NCBI GenBank assembly: GCA_963813075.1
Contig: CAWEXU010000013.1
Location: 145,237 to 209,236 of the forward strand
Source of the DNA: Methanotrichaceae archaeon
Lineage (GTDB): Archaea > Halobacteriota > Methanosarcinia > Methanotrichales > Methanotrichaceae
Length of the DNA stretch: 64,000 nucleotides
Direction: 5' to 3'
Every line of letters starts with the position of its first letter. The first letter of the stretch is position 1. Both the position numbers and the translations under genes were made by a program. The notes below the pieces were generated by a model that saw nothing but the letters and a program-made list of their open reading frames with translations, did no database searches and was not told the DNA's origin. This document shows, in pieces, positions 29,434 through 41,474 of the stretch.

Positions 29434-30349
29434 ATATCATTCAAAGTTCCCGCTGATATCGCTAAGGCAGCCATAGCTGCCGGATGCACGAAATGCAATA
29501 TGACCTGGCAGAAGCTGCTGGTGCTGGGCTTCCTCGCCGGGGCCTATATCGCCTTTGGAGCCCTTTTGAGCGAGATTGTGGCTGGAGGCCTATCGAATGG
29601 CACCATCACCGGCCCGGACGGCGAGATCTGGAAGATCGCTATCCCCGGGGGCCTGGTCAAGTTCGCCGCCGGAGCGGTCTTCCCCGTGGGCCTGATGCTG
29701 GTCGTGATCGCCGGATCGGAGCTGTTTACCGGCAACTGCATGTTCGCCCCCATCAGCGTCCTGAACGGCGAGGCGAGCTTCCGGGGCCTGGTGAAGAACT
29801 GGTCGCTTGGTCTACGTGGGCAACCTGGTGGGATCGGTCTTCGTCGCCTACTTCCTGGCTTACCAGTGCGGCTTGTTCGACAGCCTCCCCTGGGCGGGCT
29901 GGGCGGCAACTGTGGCCAACACCAAATGCGGCCTGGACTTCGGCACCGCCTTCCTGCGGGGGATCGGCTGCAACTGGCTGGTCTGCCTCGCCGTCTGGCT
30001 GGCCATCAGCTCTGAGGACATAATTAGCAAGATCTTCTCCTGCTGGTTCCCCATCATGGCCTTCGTGACCATCGGCTTTGAGCACAGCGTGGCCAATATG
30101 TTCTTCATTCCCCTGGGCATCTTCGCCGCTAATGATCCGGCCATTGCTGCAGAACTTGGCTCGGCGAGCGTGGCCACGACAAACCTTGTCGGCGGAGCAG
30201 GATGGTACAACTTCTTCATCACCAACCTGATCCCGGTCACTTTGGGCAACATCGTCGGAGCGGCCCTGTTCGTGGCGGCACTCTACTGGTATGTCTATCT
30301 GAGGGGGCCAGTCTGCGTAATAAAAGAGGAGAAGCCGACAAAGAGATGA
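29434..30349 (+). CDS. Formate/nitrite transporter (FNT, FocA/FdhC family); apparent +1 indel near 29808; start codon uncertain
   Basis: [58 protein letters not shown]. Confidence 0.9.
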
Positions 30350-30434
30350 TGAACCTGGTTTGATGTTGAGGATCAAGACTCATCGATCCTCGAATTCATA
30401 TTTATACGTTTATTTTTTTTTTATAATTATAACT

Positions 30435-31737
30435 CTACTCCGTCCAGTCCAGGACCGCCAGCCAGTCGAAGTCGGTGAAGCTCTCCGGCCCCAGGGGGAA
30501 GTAGGTGGGATTCTTCGCGCTCCCGGACCGGCGGGGGAGGGAGGCGATCTCATCTGCAGGAAGCCCCTGACCTTTGAAGGTAGGGATGAGTCGCGCCGGT
30601 CCGGCTGAGGCGGTCAGCCGCGCCTCCAGGGTACGGTCCTCGGGTCTTCCGATGCCATTGGCATCTGACATCCCAACTGCTGTCCCTATGACTGCATAGC
30701 CTGGGCCCAGGATCTGGTCCAGGTGCGAGCCCGCCGGCCACCAGGAATAAAGGTCATCCAGATATTGCCATTCGGCCCGACCTCGCTGTAGATGGCGGTT
30801 ATGGGCGAAGGCCAGCACCCGTCCTCCTCCGCAGCCCTCCCGGGATGCTATGTAGGCCAGGTTTTCCGCCATCATGACATCACGAATGCCAAGCAGCCTG
30901 CTCGTCCGGTCGGTCGAGTTGCCGGCAAGCTCGGCATGATAGCTGAGCTGTTGCCGGGCAAGGGCAGCATAATGCACCGCCTCATGATAGCGAGCGCTAT
31001 CGCTTCTGGCCACCAGCTCGGGCCTGCGAACGAGCAGCTCCTCATTCAGATCCTCCGTTTCTGCTCGCAGGGCGACCGCGTTGGGAGAGCGGCCAACGGA
31101 CTTGGCCGGATCGATCAGATGCATCTGGATTATCCCAATCGGAGTCCTGGCCCAGGAGCGGATCGATCCTTTGCCGGTGCTGCTCGCACTGGGCAGTGTC
31201 GATTGAGCCCAGGTAGTCCAGGACGAAATGCACCAGCTGCTTTGGGCTGTCGCTGCCCATCATCTCCGTCGGGCTGTCAAAGCCGTAGAAATGGAGCTTG
31301 TGGGGATGAGACGGATCGGCATTGTACTCTTTCATCCACTCCACCAGCTCTCGATTGGCATCGATGCGGCCAAAGCCGTGGCTGAATCCCTACTCCAGGA
31401 TTTCGTCGTATGATTCCGGGCCCAGGCCGGCGATATACTCGTCCACCAGCCGGCCGCGGGGAAAGCTGCTCTCAATGGCGATGGCCGCAAAGCCGTGCTT
31501 TTCCACCAGGCGAATGAAAAGCCGGTTGCGCAAGAGGAGGATGTCGCGGCTTCCGTGGAGGGCCTCTCCCAAGCCCAGGAGCCTCACTGAGCCTCCTATC
31601 CTGGTCATCGCCTCGTCTATGGCATAGTTGAGCGTTTCTATTGAATCAAGAGAGAACGGGACCGCCTTGGCATTGATCCATTCGTCAAGGGTGGCATACT
31701 CTGGCTCAAGGCCGTTTTTTCGAGATGATCTGACCAT
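30435..31737 (-). CDS. Erythromycin esterase family protein (two apparent indels)
   Basis: LGLGEALHGS, GFAAIAIES, FYGFDSP, RDVMMAEN, AFAHNRH across three consecutive ORFs. Confidence 0.85.
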
Positions 31738-31864
31738 TAAAAAGAACCTCCGGCATATCAGGATTACACATCGATATCATAAAGTGGATGTCATGAAGGC
31801 GGTTATTCTTTATGGTAATTGAACCCGAATGACACAAAATAAGAACCATATCACAAATCAAGCA

Positions 31865-32290
31865 TCAAATTCGCTTGCATCTTACTTCATCCTGACTTTT
31901 TTTCACTAAATAGTATCCCGCAGCAAGAGCAAGGATGATAAATCCGATGCCCACAAGAGTTAAACTCTGCATCTCTTTAGAATCTAAAATAATTACTTTT
32001 CTGGCCAGAGCGATCATAGCGACTAAGAAGACGACCTGCACATTGATAGCATGTTCTTTAAGATAAATTCTAAACGTCTCTAAAAGCTCGATGCCTATTA
32101 AAATCAGCAGAAAATACCCAAATATATTAAGCAGCTCATTTGCATCTAATAGAATAAATGGTGGGGATAATATATCCAGGGCCATGATGTAAACCAGCTC
32201 CAAAGTAGCCAGCAGCAAAATAACTGCCATTAGAGCTGTTAAAACCGTAATAATTGTCTTATGGAATGTATCCAGGTAGCTCATAAGCAT
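31865..32290 (-). CDS. PsiE (phosphate-starvation-inducible E) family membrane protein
   Basis: FLLILIGIELLETF, VAMIALARKVIILD; four TM helices; AT-rich. Confidence 0.85.
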   Translation of the reverse strand: MLMSYLDTFHKTIITVLTALMAVILLLATLELVYIMALDILSPPFILLDANELLNIFGYFLLILIGIELLETFRIYLKEHAINVQVVFLVAMIALARKVIILDSKEMQSLTLVGIGFIILALAAGYYLVKKSQDEVRCKRI

Positions 32291-32533
32291 CACCATTATG
32301 CAGCGGTTACGATTATGTATATCTATTATAAATATGCATAATACCTTGGAATATAGATGTGCCGCCTGGAGTGGTTTGATTGAAGCATTCCGATTCCGAG
32401 AGTGCGACCTCAAGCTATCGGGACTCAAGACACCATCAGAACCGATTATGGAAATAATGGAATGCAGAAGAATGGAGTGCAAGGGACTCAGATAAAAAAG
32501 GAATAAGGAAAAATATAAACTGTATAAAAAAGA

Positions 32534-33960
32534 TCACTTCTTTTTTTTCTTGCTGAAGAATTCGATCGCCTCGGCCAGTTCCCTGTGATCCTTCGCATAG
32601 TCCGCGATGTCGATCTTCTTTATGTAGGCCTCGCATGCCTGCACCAGGGCCATCGCACCGGCGCGTGTTCCTCTCGGGTGAGCGTGGCAACCGGCGCCCA
32701 TGGTTGTGATGAAATCGACTCCGCCCATGACATCGATGAAAGGCTCGAGAAGCGTCGGGTTCAGTCCTCCAGAGATGATCGGGCAGCATTTCTTGAGGCC
32801 GCGCCAGGAGTCGTCCTCCAGGACAACCTGGTGAGCATCGTCCATCTCCACCATCTTGATGGCATCCTCGTCCTGCGGCGGGATCCTTCCCCAGTTCTGG
32901 GTGAAGAAGTGACCTTTGCCCTCGACTTTCAGGATGTTCCTCGCCGCAGTTACGTCCTCCTCGGGGCTGCCTGCCATCTTGCCGACGCCTGCCGTCCCGG
33001 TGTGGATACCTGATGCGCCTGCCAGCCTGGCAAACTTCGAGAGCACGAGCACCGAGAAGCCGATGGGGTTCTCGGTCTGGTAAAGCCACCGTGGCCCGCC
33101 CGGTGGAAGTGCAAAAAGACATCCGGATACCTCCGCCTGAGCGTCTGGACCGCCATCCACCCGGCGGTGATGCCGTCTATGAGGAAAGCGTACGAACCCG
33201 GCTCGAAGCCCGCCTCCCTGATCATCTCACACCTTTCGATCATGGTGTCGAAATCGGCTGAGGATACATTGAACGAGTGGACCTTCTTCTTCCCCGTCTC
33301 CTTGACTGCCTTGTCCATGGCCATCTTGACATACTTGACCATCTTGTCGTAGGGGCAGAAGTCCTGGTCGGCTTGGGGCTCGTCGTTCTTGACGAAGTCG
33401 CCTCCGCCCACCCAGAAGTCGTAGCAGACCTCGGCGTACTCAGACGAGGTGAGTCCCATCTTGGGCTTGATTATGGTCCCCAGTATCGGCCTGTCGTGCA
33501 CATTGAGGTAGTTTCTCATGTCGTCGAGTGTGTAGCTTGGGCCGTCGTACTGCTCCAGCATGGACGGGGGGAACCAGATGTCCAGGAGCTTGAGAGCCTT
33601 GATCTCCTTCATGCCCAGGGCGTTCCCGGCAATGTAGGTCATGATGTTCTGGACGTTGCCGTTCCTATCGAACAGGCGCCAGGGATAGGCGATCCAGACC
33701 AGGTTCTTCTCGATGTCCACCTTGTAGACCAGGGCGTTCATCACCCTTGAGAAGGGAGTCTCGGTCTTCACGGGAAAATTGGTGCCTGTTGAGCTCTCGG
33801 ATGCGACCTCGGCGGCGGCTTGCATGATGTTGAGCTCGCCGCCGGGGATCAGGTGAAAGACGGCCAGAAGATACTCGCCGTTCCTCGGATCAGGAAGGTC
33901 CATCCTCGTGTACTGGACCTGCTTTGGGTTGAGCGTTTTTAGGAGTTCTTCTTGAATCAT
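32534..33960 (-). CDS. rbcL: RuBisCO large subunit, form II/III (apparent 1-nt deletion near 33075)
   Basis: ASESSTGT, GTIIKPKMGL, DFVKNDEPQ, HFHRAGHG, HTGTAGVGKM, ISGGLNP, GAGCHAHP; ~30-aa insert before WRGLKKCCP characteristic of form II/III. Confidence 0.92.
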
Positions 33961-34086
33961 TGAAAAAACCTTCCGGTTCTGCATACAGGCCATTGCATAT
34001 ATTTGTTTGTCATCTAATCCAAAAAATCGGGCCGCTACTTTCAGCAGATGGATTTTCCAATACAAAGCATTCTGCGGGCGAAAGAA

Positions 34087-34170
34087 TGCGGGGTACGGGA
34101 TTCGAACCCGCGAACTCCTGCGAGACAGGATCTTAAGTCCTGCGCCTTTGGCCAGCTTGGCGAACCCCGC
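34087..34170 (-). tRNA. tRNA-Leu(TAA)
   Basis: Reverse complement GCGGGGTTCGCCAAGCTGGCCAAAGGCGCAGGACTTAAGATCCTGTCTCGCAGGAGTTCGCGGGTTCGAATCCCGTACCCCGCA: long variable arm, TTCGAA T-loop, no encoded CCA. Confidence 0.96.
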
Positions 34171-34261
34171 GACCTATGTTAAGACCGCCGCTCATAATAG
34201 GATCTGATGGATAAATAGTTTCCCCGAATGGTTCTCTGAAAAAGGAGAATTGCTGTTTAGA

Positions 34262-34296
34262 GGCAAAGGGAAGGCCTTCTCGGCCTGCTCTTTGCC
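34262..34296. terminator. Stem-loop downstream of the 34381-34995 gene
   Basis: GGCAAAGGG-AAGGCC-ttctc-GGCCT-G-CTCTTTGCC. Confidence 0.4.
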
Positions 34297-34380
34297 GATA
34301 TCGCATCAGGGGTCGGCTTATGCCTAAAGCCCAAGCCTATGCCAGTGCTTGTATACTCTCTTACTGGTCGTATCTTGATA

Positions 34381-34995
34381 TTATTGATTTATCGTATTGC
34401 TCATTCCGGAGGCAGAACCTGTCCGCTCTCGCTCTCTGCTGTCGCCTCGCCCTTGGCCACCTGCAGGCTGTTGACCAGGTTCATGGTCACATCCTCGGGG
34501 AAAGTGGAGACGTATACTTACGCTGGTTTTGCCCACCGAAACCGGTCCACATTCGCACTTCTCGCCGTCAAGCCAGTAAACAACCTCATAACGGGTGATA
34601 CCCGCTGGAGCCATTTCGTTGTATGAATTGGGGACTGCGCTGACCATGAATCCTTCCTTCCCATCTATGGTAATGTCATCCACACTGGTTACATTATACA
34701 AGTTGAGCAGAGCGGTCAATGCGGATATTTGTTTTTGAGGCACAAGTGTTGCATCTATCGGCTCGTTGTACTCGCTTATAATCACGCTCACCCAGGTGGT
34801 GTTGTCTGCAGATGCCTGCAAGACATATGTGGTGGCAGATTCAGCCACATTTGGCTCCAATTCAGCCACTTCGTACTGCAGATCAGTATTCATGTCGAAG
34901 TTAACTACATACGGTCCAAGCTGATGGCTCTCCGGCGCAGCTGTAGCCAGAGAGGAGAGCATCAGCACCAATGCAAATGCTAATATCGTTCTCAC
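34381..34995 (-). CDS. Secreted hypothetical protein (probable indel near the C-terminus)
   Basis: Signal peptide, LGPY.V.F, TIDGKEGF; resembles 50172-50732. Confidence 0.75.
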   Translation of the reverse strand: MRTILAFALVLMLSSLATAAPESHQLGPYVVNFDMNTDLQYEVAELEPNVAESATTYVLQASADNTTWVSVIISEYNEPIDATLVPQKQISALTALLNLYNVTSVDDITIDGKEGFMVSAVPNSYNEMAPAGITRYEVVYWLDGEKCECGPVSVGKTSVSIRLHFPRGCDHEPGQQPAGGQGRGDSRERERTGSASGMSNTINQ

Positions 34996-35115
34996 TCAAT
35001 TCACCGAGCCATCCATTGCTCTTCATCCTAGAAAAGTCTTGCTTTGATATAAATCTCGTATCATCCCTACAAAAGAGCATTAGTATCAAATAGCGATAAT
35101 GGCGAACGGATTCAC

Positions 35116-35583
35116 ATGAGATATGGCTGCGAGGGGCCGGGAATCTACACCCTTATCCTCTCCCTGCACAAGTGCGAGCAGATCGGCATAGGATCACTGG
35201 GTAAGATCGATTTCGCCCCCGGATACTATGCTTACACCGGCTCTGCCCGGGGGCCGGGCGGCTGCAAGAGGGTGGACCGGCACATAGAGATTTTGCAGGG
35301 CACAAGAAACACCCGGAGATGGCATATCGACTACCTCCTCGCCCAAGCGGGTTTGGTGGAGGTATTCATAACCAGGACCTCGCGCGACCTGGAGTGCAGC
35401 ATAGCAAGGGTGGTGGGAGAGCATCTGATACCGGTCAAGGGCTTCGGCTGCTCCGACTGCCGCTGCATCAGTCACCTTCATTATGGCAGGGATCTGGAAG
35501 GCACGAGGGCTGCTGTATCTCTGGCTCATTCTCTCGCCCATTCTCAGGCTGCATCAACGGCTTTGGAGCTCTCGCGAGATTGA
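35116..35583 (+). CDS. GIY-YIG/Uri superfamily nuclease (DUF123-like)
   Basis: GIYTL, YAYTGSA, RWHIDYLL, GFGCSDCRCISHL. Confidence 0.88.
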   Translation: MRYGCEGPGIYTLILSLHKCEQIGIGSLGKIDFAPGYYAYTGSARGPGGCKRVDRHIEILQGTRNTRRWHIDYLLAQAGLVEVFITRTSRDLECSIARVVGEHLIPVKGFGCSDCRCISHLHYGRDLEGTRAAVSLAHSLAHSQAASTALELSRD

Positions 35584-35908
35584 TAAAAAATGGTAATCCG
35601 GCTTTTATTATAGGCCGTTATGCACCTGTGGTCCGCGACGCTTGCCCGCAGGAGGGGTCTATTTATAAATCATATAAAATGAAAAAGTTAGTATGGAATA
35701 AGCATAAGTTCCGCAGATGCTGATATATCACTTACGCTATAAATCCAGAAGTATGCATGCACCGCCTTTTTTGCTCAAACATCCGAAACGCATTTATAGA
35801 TTGAAATATAAAAATTGCTCAAAAGGGAAATAATCATAATAAATTAGCAGGGAACACCAATCACGATCTATTGAAGGGATAGATCAGATATAGAAAGGGA
35901 GTAGTTGA

Positions 35909-38900
35909 ATGAGGAGGGGGAGCTCCAGGCTCAGACTACCTCGGGGGAAGCGTAGTCCGAAGGCAAGCCCTGTGCTTATGGGCATCGCCATATTTCTGGT
36001 TATTCTAGTCCCAACTATATTCTATCTATTCCCCGGAGGAGAAACCGGAGGGGTGGACTCCCAATCCTCCAATTCGCTCTCCTCTGACCAGGATTCCGGG
36101 ATCGGAAATCCCGCTGCCGCCTCCCTGGCACCAGAAGAAAAAGAGGATCCAGAAAGCCGTCCCTCTGAGCCGATTCTAAGGGTTGCCTCCTCAGACGTCT
36201 CATTGCTGGCACATGTCAACTCCACTCCGGAGCTCTCCCAGGTCTATCTGGAGAACAACGGCATTACCAGTCTTCATAAGATTATGGTGACGGACCGGGA
36301 TAGGTCTTTAGGCACCCTCTCTGAGCTTGACCCGGGGGAGAAGAAGGTCTTATCCTTAAGCGGCAGGGCGGAGAAGGTGGCGGTCTTCGCTTTAGACCCA
36401 ACCGGCCTGGAGATTCAGGGACGGGTTTTGTACAACTCCACCAGGGAAGAGAAGAATGTACCAGACGTTCTGGCCAAAGAGGGGATAGTCGAGCCGGTTT
36501 TATTCCCCATGTCCATTCCCGCCGGAGGGGCCATGCCGGTGGAGGCTCCGGCACCAATACCTGAAGAGCCGGCCAATCCAGCCGTCGCCCAGAACTCCAG
36601 CCCATCTCTGGCCCTGAATTTATCTGTTAATAGATCCGCCTGCCTGGCAGGGGAAGTGATAAGCTACCGATGCCTGGCCTCCAACATCGGCGAGGATGAG
36701 CTCTCCCGTGTCCTCATTACCTGCGGGGGCAAGGTCGCCTCTACCAGTTTCCTCACCCCGCATAAGGAGCTTCAGCTGGACGGCATTCTGCGGATCGAGA
36801 ATAATACCCGGCTTACCGCTCAGGTCAGCGCCAAAGATGGCAAAGGCAATAACCATACCAATATCACCAGCATCGATGTCCGCATGATCTCTCCCCAGAT
36901 CGACCTCCTTCTCAAGGCTCCGGAGCTTGTTCACCGGGGGGAGAACGCCTCCATCCTGATCCAGATCGAGAACAGCGGCAAGGATGACCTGACCGACCTT
37001 GAAGTCGACGATGGATTTGGAGCGGTGGCTAAAATCCCCGCCCTCGGGGCAGGAGAGGTCAAGACGGTGCAACAGAGGAGGATAATTCTCCAAAGCCTGC
37101 CCTATGAGGTCACAGTCTCCGCAAGGGACGAATTGGGGGGAGAGGTCTATGCCAGCCAGATCCAAACGATTGCCGTGATGAACTCCTCCCTGGAGATTCA
37201 GAGCGATAAAGCAGAGGTGGCCGCATACCCCGGAGAGCCGGCAGAGGTCACCTGGGTCCTGAAGAACACCGGCCAGGAGATCCTTAAAAATGTCACATTG
37301 CAGGGCGACGGAACGGACTGCATTCTGCCCCAGATGCTCCCGGGAAAATCGGTGCGGATGGCAGCCATCTACCGCAAGAATTCCACTACCGTAATCAATG
37401 TCACCGCCCGGGGAACAGATATCCGCGGTTTTGAGACCGCGGCCAATGCCAGTGTGCTTATAAGGGCCATCCAGCCTGGGATAAGCTTGAAGGTCATGCC
37501 CGAAAATATCGAGGCCGCCCCGGGAGACACGGCAGAGATCAGCTGTCTGGTCAGCAACACCGGCGAGGACCAACTTCGTGGGGTGGTCATCACCCTGGAT
37601 GGCGCAGCTCTCAGCTCGCTGGGCGACCTGGAGCCGGGAGAGTTCAGAGTGGTGGCGGCCGAACCGCTGATCGAAGAGAACCGCACCCTGCAGTTCGCAG
37701 TTTCGGGAGAGGACTCTCTGGGTGTGGTCTGGTCGGACCGGGTGGCCGTCGAGGCAAAGACGGTCACAATGGCGATCAGGGTCTTCGCCAGCGCCTCGCC
37801 CTCGGCGGTGGCCCCCGGAGGCACCAGCAGCATCACCTGCACGGTGGCCAATCCGGGCAGCGTGCCACTGTACAACATCTTCGTGATCAGCGAAAGTCTT
37901 GGCCCGCTGGGCAGCATAGACTTCCTCTCCCCCAAGCACCAGAAGACGATCACCGCGAAAAAGACGGTCAGCAGGGGAGGAGAAGACACCATAACTGCAG
38001 AGGGCTTCACCATGGACCGGAAGTCAGTGCGGGGTGAGCACCATCTGAACCTGGTCATAATGGAGGGCGCACCTGCAGAAAGGAGTGCTGAGCCGTCGGA
38101 CGATTATCCGGAATACAGCGTCAGAATGGTTCCGTCTCGCGTCAGCTATGGAAACCAGAGCCTGCCCTTCAACCTGCCGGAAGAAGAATCGACCATCACC
38201 CAGGTTTCGGGAACGATGGGCAGGGATCTGGAGAAATCAGCTCAAAAGTCCAACAACGCCGTGGTAGAGGGAGTCTCAAACCTCCTCCGCTATGTGGAAA
38301 ACCTCCTGGGCCTCTCCGGCGAAAAGGGTGATGATAGAGTAATGACAAATGATTCCGAAGCGAATGATGAAAACCTCAGCTCCGACTCTCCACGCGAGGA
38401 CGAACAGTTGCCCATGCCCTCCATCCAGCCCTCGATCAAACCTGAATTTCAGGAGAGGAACCTGTCTGGCTCGGAGAACTATGAGCTGAGCATCGAGGGA
38501 GTGAAAAGCTCTGAGCACGGGGCAATCGCCATTCTCGATGTGAACGCCCAGCCCAGCCAGCCGGCGGCAGAGGAGGATGTCAAGGTCACAGTTCATATCA
38601 GGAGTTCAACTCCGGTGGAGGATGCCTCGGTGAATTACGGGCTCTCTGATGCACCTTTAACCCGACAGAGCATGATAGGAATTGACAGGGTCTATGAAAC
38701 CGAGCTGGTCCTCGAGTCGGGAGACGAGATGGATGGATACTGGAGCGGCACCATACCCGGCAGATCAGCAGGCACCTACATGCCTCTCTCCGTCTGGATA
38801 ACTGATGGATCGAGCACGGCAGAGGGCGGACCCTACCTGATCCACTGGAGCACCGTCAACGTCGCTGCTAGATGCAAATAAAGAGGAAAGCGTCTCTACA

Positions 38901-39398
38901 TCTTTAAATAAGAAGCTCTTCATTGAATCCTCCTCGGTAAAAGGCGAGGGAGAGGTCTCCATAAAGGAAAACTTCAATGGTGCGGCCATGCACTACAATG
39001 AAAAGATGATGGGCAACGGATCGATATCCATGGAGACCGAGAGGAGCATTGATAGAAGTCAATCAATAGACAGCTTCACCGAGAACAAGGACCTGGTTTT
39101 CACTGGCGGCAGCCTCAAAGGCCACAAGAGCGTCGAATCGCCAAGGTTCGATGGCGGCATGGGGGCCTCGGTCAGCGAGAGGTACAACCTCAGCCATGTG
39201 GACCGGTCTGAAAGCTCCAGCGTCTCCAGCGCCGGTTACGCCAACAACTCTCTGAACTTCAAGACCGAACAGGCCTTCAATGGAACCTGGAATATTCAGA
39301 CCAAGTACGCCAAGCTCTTCAAGAAGGTCAAGGCGGATCAGCAGTACAAGGGCTCCTTCCAGACGGAGAAGGATATCCAGTTCCAGGACGCCAAGTAA
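35909..39398 (+). CDS. Large membrane-anchored surface protein with repeated Ig/CARDB-like domains (probable indel near 38870 joins the 38988 ORF)
   Basis: N-terminal TM; repeated N(T/S/I)G...L..V...L.PGE modules; coding-like sequence continues in another frame from 38880. Confidence 0.75.
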
Positions 39399-39480
39399 AA
39401 TACGGACTCATGATCCGATTCTGATATGATGCTCTGATATAATTGTGGCTATTAAAAAATCTATAAATGGGACCGGGCTC

Positions 39481-39837
39481 TTAGCCCCGTCTGGCTCCTG
39501 CCGCCCCTCTCCAGATCTCGTCGTAATTGTCCAGGGACTCGATCTGATCGTGAATATCGATGCGGCGCTGAACCTCAGCCGCACGCAGGGTCTTTTCCAT
39601 GGAAAGCCGCATCAATTCCCGGCTCTCGTCTTTTAGGCTCTCCGCCTCCTGCCAGAAGCTCTCCGCCAGCTCGGCATTAACCGGCCTGGTTTCTACGGAC
39701 TTGCGGCGCAGCTCGATCTCCTTCTGGTTGAGTGCCTCGCTCTTCTCTCTCTCTTCCCTGGCCTGAGCTTGCAGCTCTGCTACCTCTTTCGCCATATCCT
39801 CTATGCTTCTGGCCACCAGATCCTTCTCCGAGAACAT
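39481..39837 (-). CDS. Hypothetical coiled-coil protein downstream of pdxST
   Basis: 118-aa Glu/Arg-rich ORF abutting pdxT. Confidence 0.75.
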   Translation of the reverse strand: MFSEKDLVARSIEDMAKEVAELQAQAREEREKSEALNQKEIELRRKSVETRPVNAELAESFWQEAESLKDESRELMRLSMEKTLRAAEVQRRIDIHDQIESLDNYDEIWRGAAGARRG

Positions 39838-39838
39838 A

Positions 39839-40417
39839 TTAAGCCTCCAGCATCTTTAAAAACAACTGATGAAATCGCATATCATCGGTCAGCTCAGGAT
39901 GAAAGGCAAGGGCGAGCAGGTTCTTCTCCCGCACTGCCACCGCCGCTTTTCCCACCCTCGCCAGGACCTGGACATCTCCACCCACCTCGGATACCGCAGG
40001 AGCGCGGATGAAGACTGCCCGATAAGGACGGTCCATGCCCACTACATCCAGGTCCGCCTCAAAGGACTCCCTCTGAGGGCCAAAGGCATTCCGGCTGACT
40101 TTGATGTCCATCAGACCCAGGGGCTGGACATGCCTGTCGCCCTCTATCTCTTTGGAGATCAGCACCAGACCGGCACAGGTGGCAAGGATGGGCTTGCCCG
40201 AGGTCGCTGCTGCCACCAGCTCCCCGACAAGACCTGAGCTATTCAATTGCTGGAAGATGGTGGTGCTCTCTCCACCGGGCAGGACCAGGGCGGAGCAGGA
40301 CTTCATCTGGCCGGGCTTTCTGACCTCCAGCACTTCGATTCTCTCCGGAATCTTCTGCAGAGCATTGACATGTTCCCAGACGTCGCCCTGCAGGGCCAGT
40401 ACACCTATTTTTAGCAC
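39839..40417 (-). CDS. pdxT: PLP synthase glutaminase subunit
   Basis: GVLALQG, PGGESTT, TCAGL, RNAFGPQRESF, FIRAP, FHPEL. Confidence 0.96.
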   Translation of the reverse strand: MLKIGVLALQGDVWEHVNALQKIPERIEVLEVRKPGQMKSCSALVLPGGESTTIFQQLNSSGLVGELVAAATSGKPILATCAGLVLISKEIEGDRHVQPLGLMDIKVSRNAFGPQRESFEADLDVVGMDRPYRAVFIRAPAVSEVGGDVQVLARVGKAAVAVREKNLLALAFHPELTDDMRFHQLFLKMLEA

Positions 40418-41311
40418 CTACCAGCCTCTCGTCTGCAGGGCTTCAGCTTCGGGAATGCTCGCAGCATCAAGGCCCTTCATGGCTGCTCCCAGACCCTTTG
40501 AGACCTCGGCCAGGTGAAGTGGGTCGTCATAATGATGCACTGCCTCCACTATCGCTTTGGCCATTGCCTCCGGGCTCTCGGACTTGAATATGCCCGAGCC
40601 CACGAAGACCCCGTCGGCACCAAGCTGCATCATAAGAGCGGCATCTGCAGGCGTAGCCACTCCACCGGCAGCGAAGTTGACCACCGGGAGGCGCTGCATT
40701 TTGGCGCACTCTTTGACCAGATCTAAATCGGCCTCGATCTCCCTGGCCACCTCCATCAGCTGAAGATCATCCATTCCCTTCAGGCTCCTGATCTGGCCCA
40801 GGATCATCCTCATATGCAGGACCGCCTGGCTAACGTCTCCAGTTCCTGCTTCGCCCTTGGTCCTGATCATGGCCGCCCCCTCTTTGATCCGCCGGCAGGC
40901 CTCTCCCAGGTTCCGGGCACCGCAGACGAAAGGAATGGTGAACCTGGTCTTTTCGATATGAAATTCGTCCGCAGGGGTCAGGACCTCGGACTCATCCACC
41001 ATATCCACGCCCAAGGCTTCCAGTATCTGAGCCTCGACAAAGTGGCCGATCCTGGCCTTTGCCATGACCGGGATGGTCACCGCCTCTATGATCCCCTCAA
41101 TGATCTGAGGATCTGCCATTCTGGCCACCCCGCCCATCTTCCTGATATCGGCGGGAACGGCATGCAAGGCCATTACGGCTACCGCGCCCGCTTCTTCCGC
41201 TATTATGGCCTGTTCAGGGTTTGTGACGTCCATGATCACTCCCCCTTTCTGCATCTTTGCGAAACCGCGTTTGAGCAGTTCCGTACCAAATCGAAGATTT
41301 TCAAGTTCCAT
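40418..41311 (-). CDS. pdxS: PLP synthase lyase subunit
   Basis: [47 protein letters not shown]. Confidence 0.97.
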   Translation of the reverse strand: MELENLRFGTELLKRGFAKMQKGGVIMDVTNPEQAIIAEEAGAVAVMALHAVPADIRKMGGVARMADPQIIEGIIEAVTIPVMAKARIGHFVEAQILEALGVDMVDESEVLTPADEFHIEKTRFTIPFVCGARNLGEACRRIKEGAAMIRTKGEAGTGDVSQAVLHMRMILGQIRSLKGMDDLQLMEVAREIEADLDLVKECAKMQRLPVVNFAAGGVATPADAALMMQLGADGVFVGSGIFKSESPEAMAKAIVEAVHHYDDPLHLAEVSKGLGAAMKGLDAASIPEAEALQTRGW

Positions 41312-41474
41312 GAATTGCCCCAAATGTTCTTAAGGGGAAAGCTAGGCCTAGAGAATAAATAAACTTTGCCCCGACGGACTGCGATATCTCTTGAAAAAAT
41401 GAGATGAAAGCGGAAAAGATCGGGGAGAGAAAAAGAGCCATAAAAGGAAGGAACTGGGCCCTTCCTATTCTCTC

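Noticed and set aside
36620..37939. Long antisense ORFs (also 25947-27047, 27475-28407)
   Set aside because: Shadow frames of well-supported GC-rich genes with no motifs of their own
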